Shown here: in pieces, positions 19,058-27,829 of the stretch
Numbering within the stretch: position 1 is the first letter of the stretch
Layout: every line of letters begins with the position of its first letter
Notes under the pieces: model-generated
What the model saw: the letters and a program-made list of their open reading frames with translations, nothing else
Databases searched by the model: none
What the model was told of the DNA's origin: nothing
Made by a program: the position numbers and the translations under genes
Assembly (NCBI GenBank): GCA_903850425.1
Contig: CAINLR010000141.1
Coordinates: forward strand, 45,296 to 109,295
Direction: 5' to 3'
DNA length: 64,000 nucleotides
From: an uncultured Verrucomicrobia subdivision 3 bacterium
Lineage (GTDB): Bacteria > Verrucomicrobiota > Verrucomicrobiia > Limisphaerales > UBA11358

Positions 19058-19315
19058 TCAAATATCCACCGCCAGCACAGCGGCAAGTTCGCGTTCCGCG
19101 CGGAAGCGTTTCACAAATGGCCGGCCCATGCGATGCCTGACGCTCCAGTCAATATCGCGCAGATCGTCGCCCGGGATGTATTCGCGCAACTCCTCGAAGT
19201 CCATGCCGCGCCCCTTGAAATGACTCAAATAAGCGCCCACCACCGTGTCGTTGACGAGGCGATTGGTGCGCAACTCAACGCGGCGGACGGTTTCGAGAAG
19301 TTCGGTGACGGTCAT
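19058..19315 (-). pseudogene. Truncated 5' fragment of a DUF58 gene (85 codons), still start/stop-coupled to the upstream gene
   Basis: MTVTELLETVRRVELRTNRLVNDTVVGAYLSHFKGRGMDFEELREYIPGDDLRDIDWSVRHRMGRPFVKRFRAERELAAVLAVDI*. This aligns without gaps to the first 84 codons of the full DUF58 gene at 11148-12101. The homology ends abruptly at ~19064. Confidence 0.75.
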
Positions 19316-19725
19316 TTTTGCGGTCTGAAGTCCTCAACGTATTTCGGCTCACCGACCAATTCTAATTTTACTCCGCGACTTTTGATTGTCACTGCGTGAA
19401 TGGAGTCGCAGACCAAATGCATCTCGGTGGGTTTTGCAACTTCAAGCGGCGTGGGAATCAAATTATTGTGCCGCTCGCCATCCACCACAATTTCACCACC
19501 CATTAAATCGCATGGCCAATCTGGAAAATTGCCGCTGATGGATGCTTCAGAAAAAATCAATCTGGCTTCCTGAACCCAACCAGTGCCAGCATCAAATGCA
19601 GGACGTCTTTCAGATTTGTGGAGATACGCTGGCTGGAAATGCACAATTACAGCGCCGTTATGCTCGATAATCTCGGCAATCGTCGAATCCTCTATTTCCA
19701 TTGTGGTATTCACAATTTCCTTCAC
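19312..19725 (-). CDS. Hypothetical protein (137 aa from GTG 19725, or 129 aa from ATG 19701), AT-richer than its neighbours
   Basis: The ORF is wedged between moxR (GTGA overlap) and the DUF58 fragment (ATGA overlap). I recognise no motif in it. Its base composition is visibly lower in GC than the flanking genes. Confidence 0.5.
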   Translation of the reverse strand: MKEIVNTTMEIEDSTIAEIIEHNGAVIVHFQPAYLHKSERRPAFDAGTGWVQEARLIFSEASISGNFPDWPCDLMGGEIVVDGERHNNLIPTPLEVAKPTEMHLVCDSIHAVTIKSRGVKLELVGEPKYVEDFRPQK

Positions 19726-20702
19726 GGCACCGGCACGGCATACAAAATCTTTTTGACGATGGCGTCGCTCGTCACGGACTGCGCCTCGGCCTCGTAAGTC
19801 AGGATGATGCGGTGGCGCAGGACGTCGGGGCCGATGCTTTTCACGTCCTCGGGAATCACATAGTCGCGGCCTTGCAGCAGCGCCCAGGCTTTGGCGGCGA
19901 TGGTCAGATAAATTGTCGCGCGCGGCGACGCGCCGAACTGGATGAAATGTTTCAGGTCGAGCTGGTAGTCCTCCGGCTTGCGCGTGGCGAAAACCAGTTT
20001 GACGATGTAATCGCGGATCTTTTCGTCCACGTGGATCTGGTCCACGATTTTTTGCGTGGCCAGAATTTCGTCAAGATCGACGACGGGCTTGATGATGGTT
20101 TCCGGCGCGGTGAACGCCATGCGATCCAGAATGTGCCGTTCCTCCGCGAACGACGGATAATCCAAAATCACCTTGAACATGAAGCGGTCCACCTGCGCTT
20201 CGGGCAAGGGATAGGTGCCTTCCTGATCAATTGGATTTTCCGTGGCGAGCACAAGAAACGGCGACGGTAGCTTGCGCGTTTCGCCGCCGAGCGTGACCTG
20301 ACGTTCCTGCATCGCTTCGAGCAGCGCACTTTGCACTTTCGCCGGCGCGCGATTGATTTCGTCGGCGAGCACGAAGTTCGCGAACACCGGCCCTTGCGTG
20401 ACGTGATATTTTCCGTCCTGCGGCGAATAAATCAGATTGCCGACAATATCGGCGGGCAATAAGTCCGGTGTGAATTGAATGCGGCGAAAGCTGGCGTTGA
20501 CGGCCGACGCGAGCGTGCGGACGGAAAGCGTTTTGGCGAGGCCGGGCACGCCTTCGAGCAGGACGTGGCCGTTGGCGAGCAGGCCGACGAGCAGTCGCTC
20601 CACCAATTGTTCCTGCCCGACAATCACGCGACCCACTTCGGTGCGCAAGGTGCGAATCCAAGCGGAAGTTTCCGCGACCTGTTCTTTTAACGGTTTGCTC
20701 AT
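19722..20702 (-). CDS. moxR: MoxR-family AAA+ ATPase
   Basis: 326 aa. Walker A is LLEGVPGLAKT and Walker B is FVLADEINRAPAKVQSALLEAMQE. It also contains LATENPIDQEGTYPLPEAQVDRF, textbook for MoxR/RavA-like ATPases. Confidence 0.92.
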   Translation of the reverse strand: MSKPLKEQVAETSAWIRTLRTEVGRVIVGQEQLVERLLVGLLANGHVLLEGVPGLAKTLSVRTLASAVNASFRRIQFTPDLLPADIVGNLIYSPQDGKYHVTQGPVFANFVLADEINRAPAKVQSALLEAMQERQVTLGGETRKLPSPFLVLATENPIDQEGTYPLPEAQVDRFMFKVILDYPSFAEERHILDRMAFTAPETIIKPVVDLDEILATQKIVDQIHVDEKIRDYIVKLVFATRKPEDYQLDLKHFIQFGASPRATIYLTIAAKAWALLQGRDYVIPEDVKSIGPDVLRHRIILTYEAEAQSVTSDAIVKKILYAVPVP

Positions 20703-20811
20703 GGCCGCAGAATTTAGGGCGTGAAATGGAGGAACTCAAGCGCCGTCGCAGCTCACAAGGTGCATTTTCGCTTTGCGCCCGGGCGCGAAAATGCTTAACG
20801 TCTGGCTGGTT

Positions 20812-20885
20812 TGTCCGATGGTGTAATGGTAACACAGCGCTCTTTGGAGGCGTTATTCATGGTTCGAATCCATGTCGGACAGCCA
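20812..20885 (+). tRNA. tRNA-Gln (anticodon UUG)
   Basis: Hand-folded cloverleaf. The acceptor stem is TGTCCGA/TCGGACA with a U1:A72 pair, discriminator G and encoded CCA. The D stem is GTGT/ACAC. The anticodon loop is CTTTGGA (anticodon TTG). The T arm is CATGG-TTCGAAT-CCATG. Confidence 0.9.
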
Positions 20886-20941
20886 CTTTTGCTAAGGAAA
20901 TCCAGGGTTCTACAAATCTTTGCACAGAGTTTGCCCGGATT

Positions 20942-21193
20942 CCCGCGCGGCAAACGGCAGGTGATCTCGCAGCGGTGTTGGAAGACATTGAGATGCCGCC
21001 AGGTGAGCACCTCCGTGTGGTCATAACAGAACACGAAGCCGCCCGCTTGCGGACAGCGCGTCAACGCCCACAGCTTGGACGTCTCGCGGATCTCCAGAAA
21101 TACCGTGCCGCTTGCCCGTTCAAACCGGCTTTCGATCACTTCCCAGTTCAGGCCCAAGCCCAGCAATTCGTGGAATAGTTTTTCAGGCGTCAT
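20942..21193 (-). pseudogene. Remnant of an ISL3-family transposase (N-terminal ~84 codons only)
   Basis: MTPEKLFHELLGLGLNWEVIESRFE...VFLEIRETSKLW...CYDHTEVLTWRHLNVFQHRCEITCRLPRG resembles the N-terminal zinc-finger region of ISL3 transposases, with the second Cys pair degraded. Beyond ~20942 the track ORF reads antisense through tRNA-Gln, so that part is not genuine. Confidence 0.6.
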
Positions 21194-21249
21194 CCCCGCA
21201 GCCTACCCAACTCATATTCCTATTCCATCGAAAACAGCGGGGAACCAGT

Positions 21250-22774
21250 CTAAGCCGTATCAATGTAGTTGAAAAGAAGCCACCGATCAGGAACTGATTG
21301 GTGGTAGATGAAAACAACACAATCGTCGGGCACACGCCCGGTTCACCAAACGGTGGCTGGGGAATTTGAAGTCAAAAGCGGCGGCAAATCAATCACGATC
21401 GGGTTCACTGATCAACGCTTGAGTCCCCACGCGGGCAGCGCCACTTTCTGGAGTTGGTTGCGGCCGCTCGACTGGGACCAGCTCCTGGCGGCCGCGTTGC
21501 CGCAGCCGTTGCCAACCTCCAACAATCATCTGCTGCCGCTGGAAACAGCGCTGGCCTTCATGCACGGCTTGCTCTGTGATGCGCGCAAGCTGACGCATGT
21601 GGCTTATCTGCGCCGCGATTCGGTGGTGCCAGAGCTGATCGGCGTGCGCCGGGTGGCCAGCCAGTCAGCGCTCTCACGGTTCTTCCAGGGTTTTGATTCC
21701 GCAGGGACCAATCTGCGGTGTTTCCGTCCGTTGTGGCATTGGGGTCTGCACCGCTTGCCCAGTGCCAAAGCGGGCTACACGCTGGACTTGGATTCGACCC
21801 GGCTCCTGCACGAGGACGGCCATCAGGAGGGCGTGGCGGTCGGTTACACCCGGCAGGGACTCAAACCGTGTCTGCATCCGCTGCTGGCGGTGATTGCCGA
21901 GGTGCGGTTGGTGGCGCAACTGTGGTTGCGACCCGGCAACGCGTCCTGTGGCGGCAACGGCACGGCGTTCTTCCTCGACTTGTGGGACAACCTGCCCAGC
22001 CATCTTCGTCTCCGGGGCGTGCGTGCCGACGCGGGCTTTTGCCTGCCGGAACTGCTGGCCTTGTGGGAACAACTGAAGCTGCCCTATGTGGTCGTGGCAC
22101 AGTTAAGTCAGCCGATTCAAAAGCTGATCAAAGGGGATCTGCCGTGGACGCGGACGGAGGTGCCAGGCACGGAAGTGACCGAACTGGCATACCAGTCCCT
22201 GAACTGGCCGCAGCCGCGCCGGCTGGTGTTGATCCGTCATCAGCTGCGGGATGCGGACGAAGGCCGTGTGGGCAAACGGCTGCTGGACGTGCCCGGCTAT
22301 CGCTTTCAAGCCTTGGTGACCAGCCTGCCGACGGCGACCCACCCGCCGTTGGCGGTGTGGCGTTACTATAATGGGCGGGCGGACTGCGAGAATGTCATCA
22401 AGGAACTCCAATCGGGTTTTGCCTTGCCGACGCTGTGCCTGGAGAAGTTCTGGGCGACGGAAGCGGCGTTGAGTCTAGCCACGCTGACTTACAACCTGAC
22501 GGTGCTCTTTCAACGGCATCTGGGCTGGCAGCAAAAGGTGACGATCCATTCACGGCGGTTCTGGCTGTTCGTGACGGCGGGCGTGTTGAGTTATGCCCAA
22601 GGCAAAACCACCATCAAACTGGCCGTGCCAGAACGCGAACGCGCTTGGTGGCGGCGCTTATGGGGGAAAATATTGAGCCCATTCCCCAACGGCAATGCAG
22701 TAGAAAACCGCCCGGCTTTCACAGGGTAAATCCGCGTGAAAAATGAACCCTCTACTGCATGGTTCCGGCTAAGG
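21250..22774 (+). mobile_element. IS1380/IS4-like insertion sequence (boundaries tentative)
   Basis: It carries a single DDE transposase gene. Candidate imperfect terminal inverted repeats are ctaagccgtatcaatgtagttga (21250-21272) and tctactgcatggttccggctaag (22751-22773), about 16-17 of 23 matched by eye. A possible 4-bp duplication, cagt, lies at 21246-21249 and 22775-22778. Confidence 0.45.
21308..22729 (+). CDS. DDE transposase, IS1380/IS4-like
   Basis: 473 aa. Candidate catalytic residues sit in TLDLDST and RADAGF. The motif YYNGRADCENVIKELQ is a Y-x2-R-x3-E-x6-K-type signature. Confidence 0.8.
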   Translation: MKTTQSSGTRPVHQTVAGEFEVKSGGKSITIGFTDQRLSPHAGSATFWSWLRPLDWDQLLAAALPQPLPTSNNHLLPLETALAFMHGLLCDARKLTHVAYLRRDSVVPELIGVRRVASQSALSRFFQGFDSAGTNLRCFRPLWHWGLHRLPSAKAGYTLDLDSTRLLHEDGHQEGVAVGYTRQGLKPCLHPLLAVIAEVRLVAQLWLRPGNASCGGNGTAFFLDLWDNLPSHLRLRGVRADAGFCLPELLALWEQLKLPYVVVAQLSQPIQKLIKGDLPWTRTEVPGTEVTELAYQSLNWPQPRRLVLIRHQLRDADEGRVGKRLLDVPGYRFQALVTSLPTATHPPLAVWRYYNGRADCENVIKELQSGFALPTLCLEKFWATEAALSLATLTYNLTVLFQRHLGWQQKVTIHSRRFWLFVTAGVLSYAQGKTTIKLAVPERERAWWRRLWGKILSPFPNGNAVENRPAFTG

Positions 22775-22948
22775 CAGTGCAGATCAGAACCGTGATGCCC
22801 TTGCGTTTGAGTTCAATGGATCAACTTTGCTTCTCGCCGCTATAGTTGGAGCGGATGACAACCGAGGTGGTAGGGCCCGGTTCGGGATTCATCTATCCAG
22901 AAACGCCGCAGGATAGATTTGGTCTAACCCTATGAAATCCAATAAAAA

Positions 22949-23025
22949 TGGCGGGAGCGGCGGGGCTCGAACCCGTAACCTCTGCCGTGACAGGGCAGCG
23001 CTCTAACCAATTGAGCTACGCCCCC
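22949..23025 (-). tRNA. tRNA-Asp (anticodon GUC)
   Basis: The reverse complement folds as GGGGGCG-TA-GCTC-AATTGGTTA-GAGC-G-CTGCC-CTGTCAC-GGCAG-AGGTT-ACGGG-TTCGAGC-CCCGC-CGCTCCC-G-CCA. It has one A/C mismatch in the T stem and one G:U pair in the acceptor stem. Confidence 0.88.
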
Positions 23026-23278
23026 GCGATGGGGAGTCAGACAATAAAAAAATAAACGGGCAGCGTCAAGGCTTGGTTGGGAAATTCGCAGAATAAAAAT
23101 CCGGGCAGCAGACGCCAAGGAGGTGGGGGTGGGGAACCCCGCTGAAGAAACGTGCTGCTACCCGAATAATGTCAATGTTACAATTTGGCAACGGCTTGTC
23201 AATCTTCTTGCGCCGGGAGCGCGCGCGGACGGGCATTTCCTGCCTTTACCCGCGCCGGGTTTTGCTTGAAGCTGCGTT

Positions 23279-24376
23279 GTGGTCGCGCTGGAATCCATTT
23301 CATTATTCCGCCAACTGAGCCGCCCTGAGCTTCAGGCCCTGCGACTCATCGCGCTGGAGCGCCGTTTTGAGGCCGGCCAGGAAATCTTCCGCGAAGGTGC
23401 GCCCGGCGACGGCGTTTACTTTGTCAAAGACGGCCTGGTGGAAATCTCCGCCGGCAGCGGCACCACCCGCCGGGTGTTTTCCCGGCTCGGTCCGGGCGAA
23501 ATTTTTGGTGAAATGTCCCTCATCGAACACCGACCGCGCTCGGCCACGGCCACGGCGGCGGCGGCGGCGGAAGTTTATTTTTTGCCGCGCGGTGAACTCC
23601 TGCCATTTATTCAACGCTCGCCGGGCCTGGCGTTTGCCCTGCTCCAACAAATCAGCCACCGCCTGCGGGAACTCAATCAACTGCATGTCCGGGAACTCGT
23701 GCAGGCGGAGAGCCTTGCGGTCATTGGCCGTTTTGCGCAGGGGATCGTGCATGACCTCAAGAATCCGTTGAGCATCATCAGTCTCGCCTCCGAGGTGTTC
23801 GAAATGCCCGGCCTCAGCGCGGAAATCCGCGCCAGCTCACAACTGCGCATCCGCAAGCAGGTGGAGCGCATCAGCGACCTGGTCAGCGACATCCTGATTT
23901 TCACCCAGGGTTCCAGCGCGGAGGCAGGACTCCAGACCAGTGATTATGGGGCGTTTGTGGTTGAATTGCTTGGTGATCTCCGGGCCGAGGCGGAACTCAA
24001 ATCGGCCCGGATTGAAATGCCGCACGCGCCACCCGCCGTGCCGGTGCGGTTTGATCCGCGCCGCTTGAGCCGCGTCTTTTTCAACCTCGTCCACAACGCC
24101 ACGGATGTGATGCTCAACGGCGGATATATTTACCTGCGCTTCCAGTGCAACGGGAATGAAATCGTCACCGAGATGGAAGACACCGGTCCCGGCATTGCGC
24201 CGCAAATTGCCGGCCAGCTTTTTGAACCGTTTGCCACGCATGGTAAAACCCACGGCACCGGGCTGGGCTTGTCCCTCTGCAAGAAGATCATTGAGGACCA
24301 CGGCGGGAACATCGCCGTCCGCAGCGAAGCCGGGCACGGGGCGATTTTCCGGTTTACCTTGCCCCTGGCGAAATGA
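23279..24376 (+). CDS. Cyclic-nucleotide-binding domain plus histidine kinase
   Basis: GTG start. The N-terminal cNMP-binding fold contains FREGAPGDGVYFVKDGLVEIS...GEIFGEMSLI..RPRSATA. It is followed by a HisKA block (GIVHDLKNPLS) and an HATPase_c domain (DTGPGI...GTGLGLSLCKKIIEDHGG). Confidence 0.8.
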   Translation: MVALESISLFRQLSRPELQALRLIALERRFEAGQEIFREGAPGDGVYFVKDGLVEISAGSGTTRRVFSRLGPGEIFGEMSLIEHRPRSATATAAAAAEVYFLPRGELLPFIQRSPGLAFALLQQISHRLRELNQLHVRELVQAESLAVIGRFAQGIVHDLKNPLSIISLASEVFEMPGLSAEIRASSQLRIRKQVERISDLVSDILIFTQGSSAEAGLQTSDYGAFVVELLGDLRAEAELKSARIEMPHAPPAVPVRFDPRRLSRVFFNLVHNATDVMLNGGYIYLRFQCNGNEIVTEMEDTGPGIAPQIAGQLFEPFATHGKTHGTGLGLSLCKKIIEDHGGNIAVRSEAGHGAIFRFTLPLAK

Positions 24377-24459
24377 AGACGTGCGGCGTGAACTGAAAGC
24401 TTCCCGGCGGTGAGCGCGCACTTTACAAATCACGTTTCCCGTTTCACGCTTCCCGCCAC

Positions 24460-26496
24460 ATGAACCGCATCCGGCTTCTTTCCGAACAGGTCGCCAACCA
24501 GATCGCCGCCGGCGAAGTGGTGGAGCGTCCGGCCAGCGTCGTCAAGGAACTCGTGGAAAACTCGCTCGATGCTGACGCTCGGAAAATCACCGTTGAAATC
24601 GGCGCGGGCGGGCGCAGCCTCATCCGCATCACGGACGATGGTTTTGGCATGAGCCGCGACGACGCTTTGCTTTGCCTCGAACGCCACGCCACCAGTAAAA
24701 TTCAGAAAGCTGAGGATCTCGCGTCCATCGCCACCATGGGTTTTCGGGGCGAAGCCGTGCCCAGCATTGCCAGCGTCAGCCGCTTCACGCTCACCACGCG
24801 CGAGCGCGACAACCCTTCCCCCGAAGGCACGCAAATCATCATCAACGGCGGCACCATTGCCGAGGTGAAGGCCGCCGGCAGCGCCCCCGGCACGAGCGTG
24901 GAAGTGCGCCAGTTGTTTTTCAATCTGCCCGCGCGCCGGAAATTTTTGCGCACGGAAGAAACCGAGGCTGCGCACATCCAGCACTATCTCACGCTGGCGG
25001 CGCTGGCGTTTCCCGAAGTCGCGTTCACTTTTGTCAAAGACGGCCGCAACGTCTGGCAATTGCCCGCCGTCAAATCCGGCGCGGCCACCTCCAGCCGCAT
25101 CGCGGCCTTGCGCGAACGCCTCCGCGCGTTGCTCGGGGATGAAAAACTGGTGCCCGTCAATTTTTCCGCCGCGCTCGACGACGACAATGCTGCCACGCCG
25201 GACGAGGCGGACATTTTTGAAACCGCCTCGCCGGAAAAGCCAGCGGCCGAGCAAATCTCAAATCTCAAATCTCACATCCGCGTCTGGGGACTGATCGGTT
25301 CGCCCGGCGTCTCGCGGGCAACCCGCGACGGCCAGTTCGTTTTCGTCAACCGCCGGCCCGTTGAAAATCGCGGCGTCAACTACGCGTTGATCGAGGGTTA
25401 TCATAATTCGCTGATGAAAGGCCGTTATCCGGTCTGCTGCCTGTTCCTCGAAATTGATCCCGCCGCCGTGGACGTGAACATCCACCCGGCCAAGCGCGAG
25501 GTGAAATTCCACCGCGAATTTGAAGTGCGGAAATTCGTGGCGCAGGCCGTGCATGAGGCGCTGCTCGCCTTTCATTCCGAGCCGGAAAAATCAAGCATCA
25601 AGCCCGGTGTCGAGACGCCGCACGCACATAGCCACCAACTGGAACATCCGCAAATCATTCCGCCCCAGCCCGCGCCCACACCGGCCGCGCCGCCAAATCC
25701 TCCGGCACCGTTCCAACCAGCGCCTGTCATTCCGGCTCAAATAGCCGCACCCGCCGCGCAAACACCTTTGAAAATGGGTTTCTCGCTGTCACCGGCGAAA
25801 GCCGAACCAGCAACGAACGCGGTGGACATGCCCTCGGCACCCGGCTATCCGCCCGCCGCAATTCCCCATCCAGCCGCCAGCCTCCCGCTGCCCGGAGCCA
25901 CGCCGTTGCTGAACGTCCCGCTCCGCCTCGTCGGCGTGGTCGGCAAACTCTATGTGCTGCTGGAATCAGATCGCGGCCTGGTGCTGCTCGACCAGCACGC
26001 GGCGCACGAGCGGATTTTGTTTGAGCAAATGTTGAACCGACTTGAAGAACAGGGGACGACGCCCTCGCAGAAATTGCTGCTGCCGGAGACCATCGAGCTG
26101 CCGCCGCGCGACGCCCAGTTCCTGCGCGAGCAGCTCACCGCGCTCACGCGGCTCGGCGTCGGCTTGAGCGAATTTGGCGAACGGACCTTTCTCCTTGATG
26201 CCCTGCCGCCGTTCGTCAAGGTGCCGGACGCGCGCCGGTTTGTGTTCGATCTGGTGGATGAACTGCGCGCCGCCGGGCGCGAAGTGAATCTCGCGCGGCT
26301 CGGCGAACACACCGTGGCCAAGACCGTCTGCCGCCATGCCGTGAAGGCCAACGACCCGCTGGGCGGCGCGGAACTGGAAAATCTCGTGGCAGATTTGCGC
26401 CGCTGCGCGATGCCTTACACCTGCCCGCACGGCCGCCCGACCTTGATTGAGATGAATTACCGTGAACTGGAGAAAAAGTTTGGCCGGGTGCAATAG
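24460..26496 (+). CDS. mutL: DNA mismatch repair protein MutL
   Basis: IRLLSEQVANQIAAGEVVERPASVVKELVENSLDA...DDGFGM; the C-terminal dimerisation domain contains LLDQHAAHERILFE and CPHGRPT. Confidence 0.92.
   Translation: MNRIRLLSEQVANQIAAGEVVERPASVVKELVENSLDADARKITVEIGAGGRSLIRITDDGFGMSRDDALLCLERHATSKIQKAEDLASIATMGFRGEAVPSIASVSRFTLTTRERDNPSPEGTQIIINGGTIAEVKAAGSAPGTSVEVRQLFFNLPARRKFLRTEETEAAHIQHYLTLAALAFPEVAFTFVKDGRNVWQLPAVKSGAATSSRIAALRERLRALLGDEKLVPVNFSAALDDDNAATPDEADIFETASPEKPAAEQISNLKSHIRVWGLIGSPGVSRATRDGQFVFVNRRPVENRGVNYALIEGYHNSLMKGRYPVCCLFLEIDPAAVDVNIHPAKREVKFHREFEVRKFVAQAVHEALLAFHSEPEKSSIKPGVETPHAHSHQLEHPQIIPPQPAPTPAAPPNPPAPFQPAPVIPAQIAAPAAQTPLKMGFSLSPAKAEPATNAVDMPSAPGYPPAAIPHPAASLPLPGATPLLNVPLRLVGVVGKLYVLLESDRGLVLLDQHAAHERILFEQMLNRLEEQGTTPSQKLLLPETIELPPRDAQFLREQLTALTRLGVGLSEFGERTFLLDALPPFVKVPDARRFVFDLVDELRAAGREVNLARLGEHTVAKTVCRHAVKANDPLGGAELENLVADLRRCAMPYTCPHGRPTLIEMNYRELEKKFGRVQ
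25252..25279. repeat. Tandem heptad array (CAAATCT x3 plus CACATCC) inside mutL
   Basis: Direct reading: caaatct caaatct caaatct cacatcc. It is translated as ..QISNLKSHI.. in a low-complexity stretch of mutL just upstream of the conserved GQFVFVNRRPVE block. The reverse complement gives GATGTGA GATTTGA GATTTGA GATTTG. Confidence 0.85.
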
Positions 26497-26698
26497 GTGG
26501 CAGACCCGCAAGATTTCATGCTGTCCGAGACGATGCCAGCCCGATTATTACTGGCGCGAACGGCAGCCAAGCCCGCCGCGCACCGCGCTCCGCCTTACCA
26601 TTTTTCAAAAATAATTTGTCCGGTGTGAAAACTACGCGACCGAAACGCGAATAATTCTTGCCTTTGCTGGCATTGTCCGCAATTTAACGGGCTTCATT

Positions 26699-27736
26699 AT
26701 GAGCAAGAAAATCTTTATCGGCACGGATAGCGGCGCAACCACCACCAAACTGTGCGCAGTTTGGGAAAACGGCGAGCCGGTTTCGAACAAAGTGTTGCAG
26801 CGCTCCACCAGTTCGGAGAACGGGCGCGGCGCCGTCATCGCCTCGTGGATTGCGGGCGTCAGCGATTTTCTCGCGCAGAATAATTTGGAATGGTCGCAGA
26901 TCGCGGGCGTGGGCCTGGCGATTCCCGGACCTTACGAGCGTTACGGCGTTTTCAGCAAGACGCCGAATTTGCCCGCCAGCTTCTCCGGCTGGGATGTGTT
27001 TTCCGATTACAGCGCGGCGCTCGCCAAGCAGGCCGACCGGCCGCTGCACCTGGTCGTTGGCAATGATGGCAATTACGGCGGCGTGGCCGAAGCCCAACTC
27101 GCGCGCGGCAAAACCCGCGCCACGGTCATGATGCTCATGCCCGGCTCCGGCCTCGGCGCGGCTTACGTCGGCGCGGACGGCCTCTGTCTCGATGGCGACA
27201 CGCTCGCCGGCATGGAAGCCGGCCACATGTCCGCCGCCGTGCATCTGCTCGGCCTCACGGGCAAGCCTTTCACCTGCGGCTGCGGCCGCGACTGGGGCTG
27301 CGTGGAAGCTTACACGACCATTTCCGGTCTGCCGCAATTGCTCGCCGAGTTCATCAAACGCCATCCCGAGCACGAACTCGCCAAATCCACCGCCCCCATC
27401 AAGGAAAAAGTTTTGTCCCTCCGCACCCGCGCGCAAAAGGGTGACGCCCTCGCGCTGGAGATTTTTGACTTTCAAGCGCGCGTCATGGGTCTGCACGTCG
27501 CCAACATGGTGATGGCGCTGGACCCCGGCATCGTCGTCATCGGCGGTGGCTTGATGGATCACGAAGCGACCACGCCGGAATTTCGCGAGCGCTACATGCG
27601 CGTGATCCGCGAGACCGCCATTCCGTATCTGTGGGCGCCGCAAAAAGGCACCATCAAGATCCTGCCAGCGGAACTCGGCGAACTCTCGCAAGCCATCGGC
27701 GCGGCGCTGGTGGCGCTGTATCAGAGCCAGAGATAA
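26699..27736 (+). CDS. ROK-family sugar kinase
   Basis: It has the N-terminal ATPase motif IGTDSGATTTKL, the block VGNDGNYGGVAEA, and the ROK zinc motif GHM....CGCGRDWGCVEAY. Confidence 0.85.
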   Translation: MSKKIFIGTDSGATTTKLCAVWENGEPVSNKVLQRSTSSENGRGAVIASWIAGVSDFLAQNNLEWSQIAGVGLAIPGPYERYGVFSKTPNLPASFSGWDVFSDYSAALAKQADRPLHLVVGNDGNYGGVAEAQLARGKTRATVMMLMPGSGLGAAYVGADGLCLDGDTLAGMEAGHMSAAVHLLGLTGKPFTCGCGRDWGCVEAYTTISGLPQLLAEFIKRHPEHELAKSTAPIKEKVLSLRTRAQKGDALALEIFDFQARVMGLHVANMVMALDPGIVVIGGGLMDHEATTPEFRERYMRVIRETAIPYLWAPQKGTIKILPAELGELSQAIGAALVALYQSQR

Positions 27737-27829
27737 TTTTTGGGGGAGCTTGAAATATTTTCAACCGGTGCAATCAGTGCCAGCTTGCGCAGTTGAACTT
27801 GCCCCACGCATCGGCTATTTTCAGAAACC

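Noticed and set aside
20886-22948. A tRNA-Gln-associated genomic island or prophage
   Set aside because: I found no integrase, phage genes or tRNA 3'-end direct repeat. The content is limited to one IS and one IS remnant.
22930-23118. 62-aa minus-strand ORF
   Set aside because: It is read through the tRNA-Asp gene, so it is an artefact.
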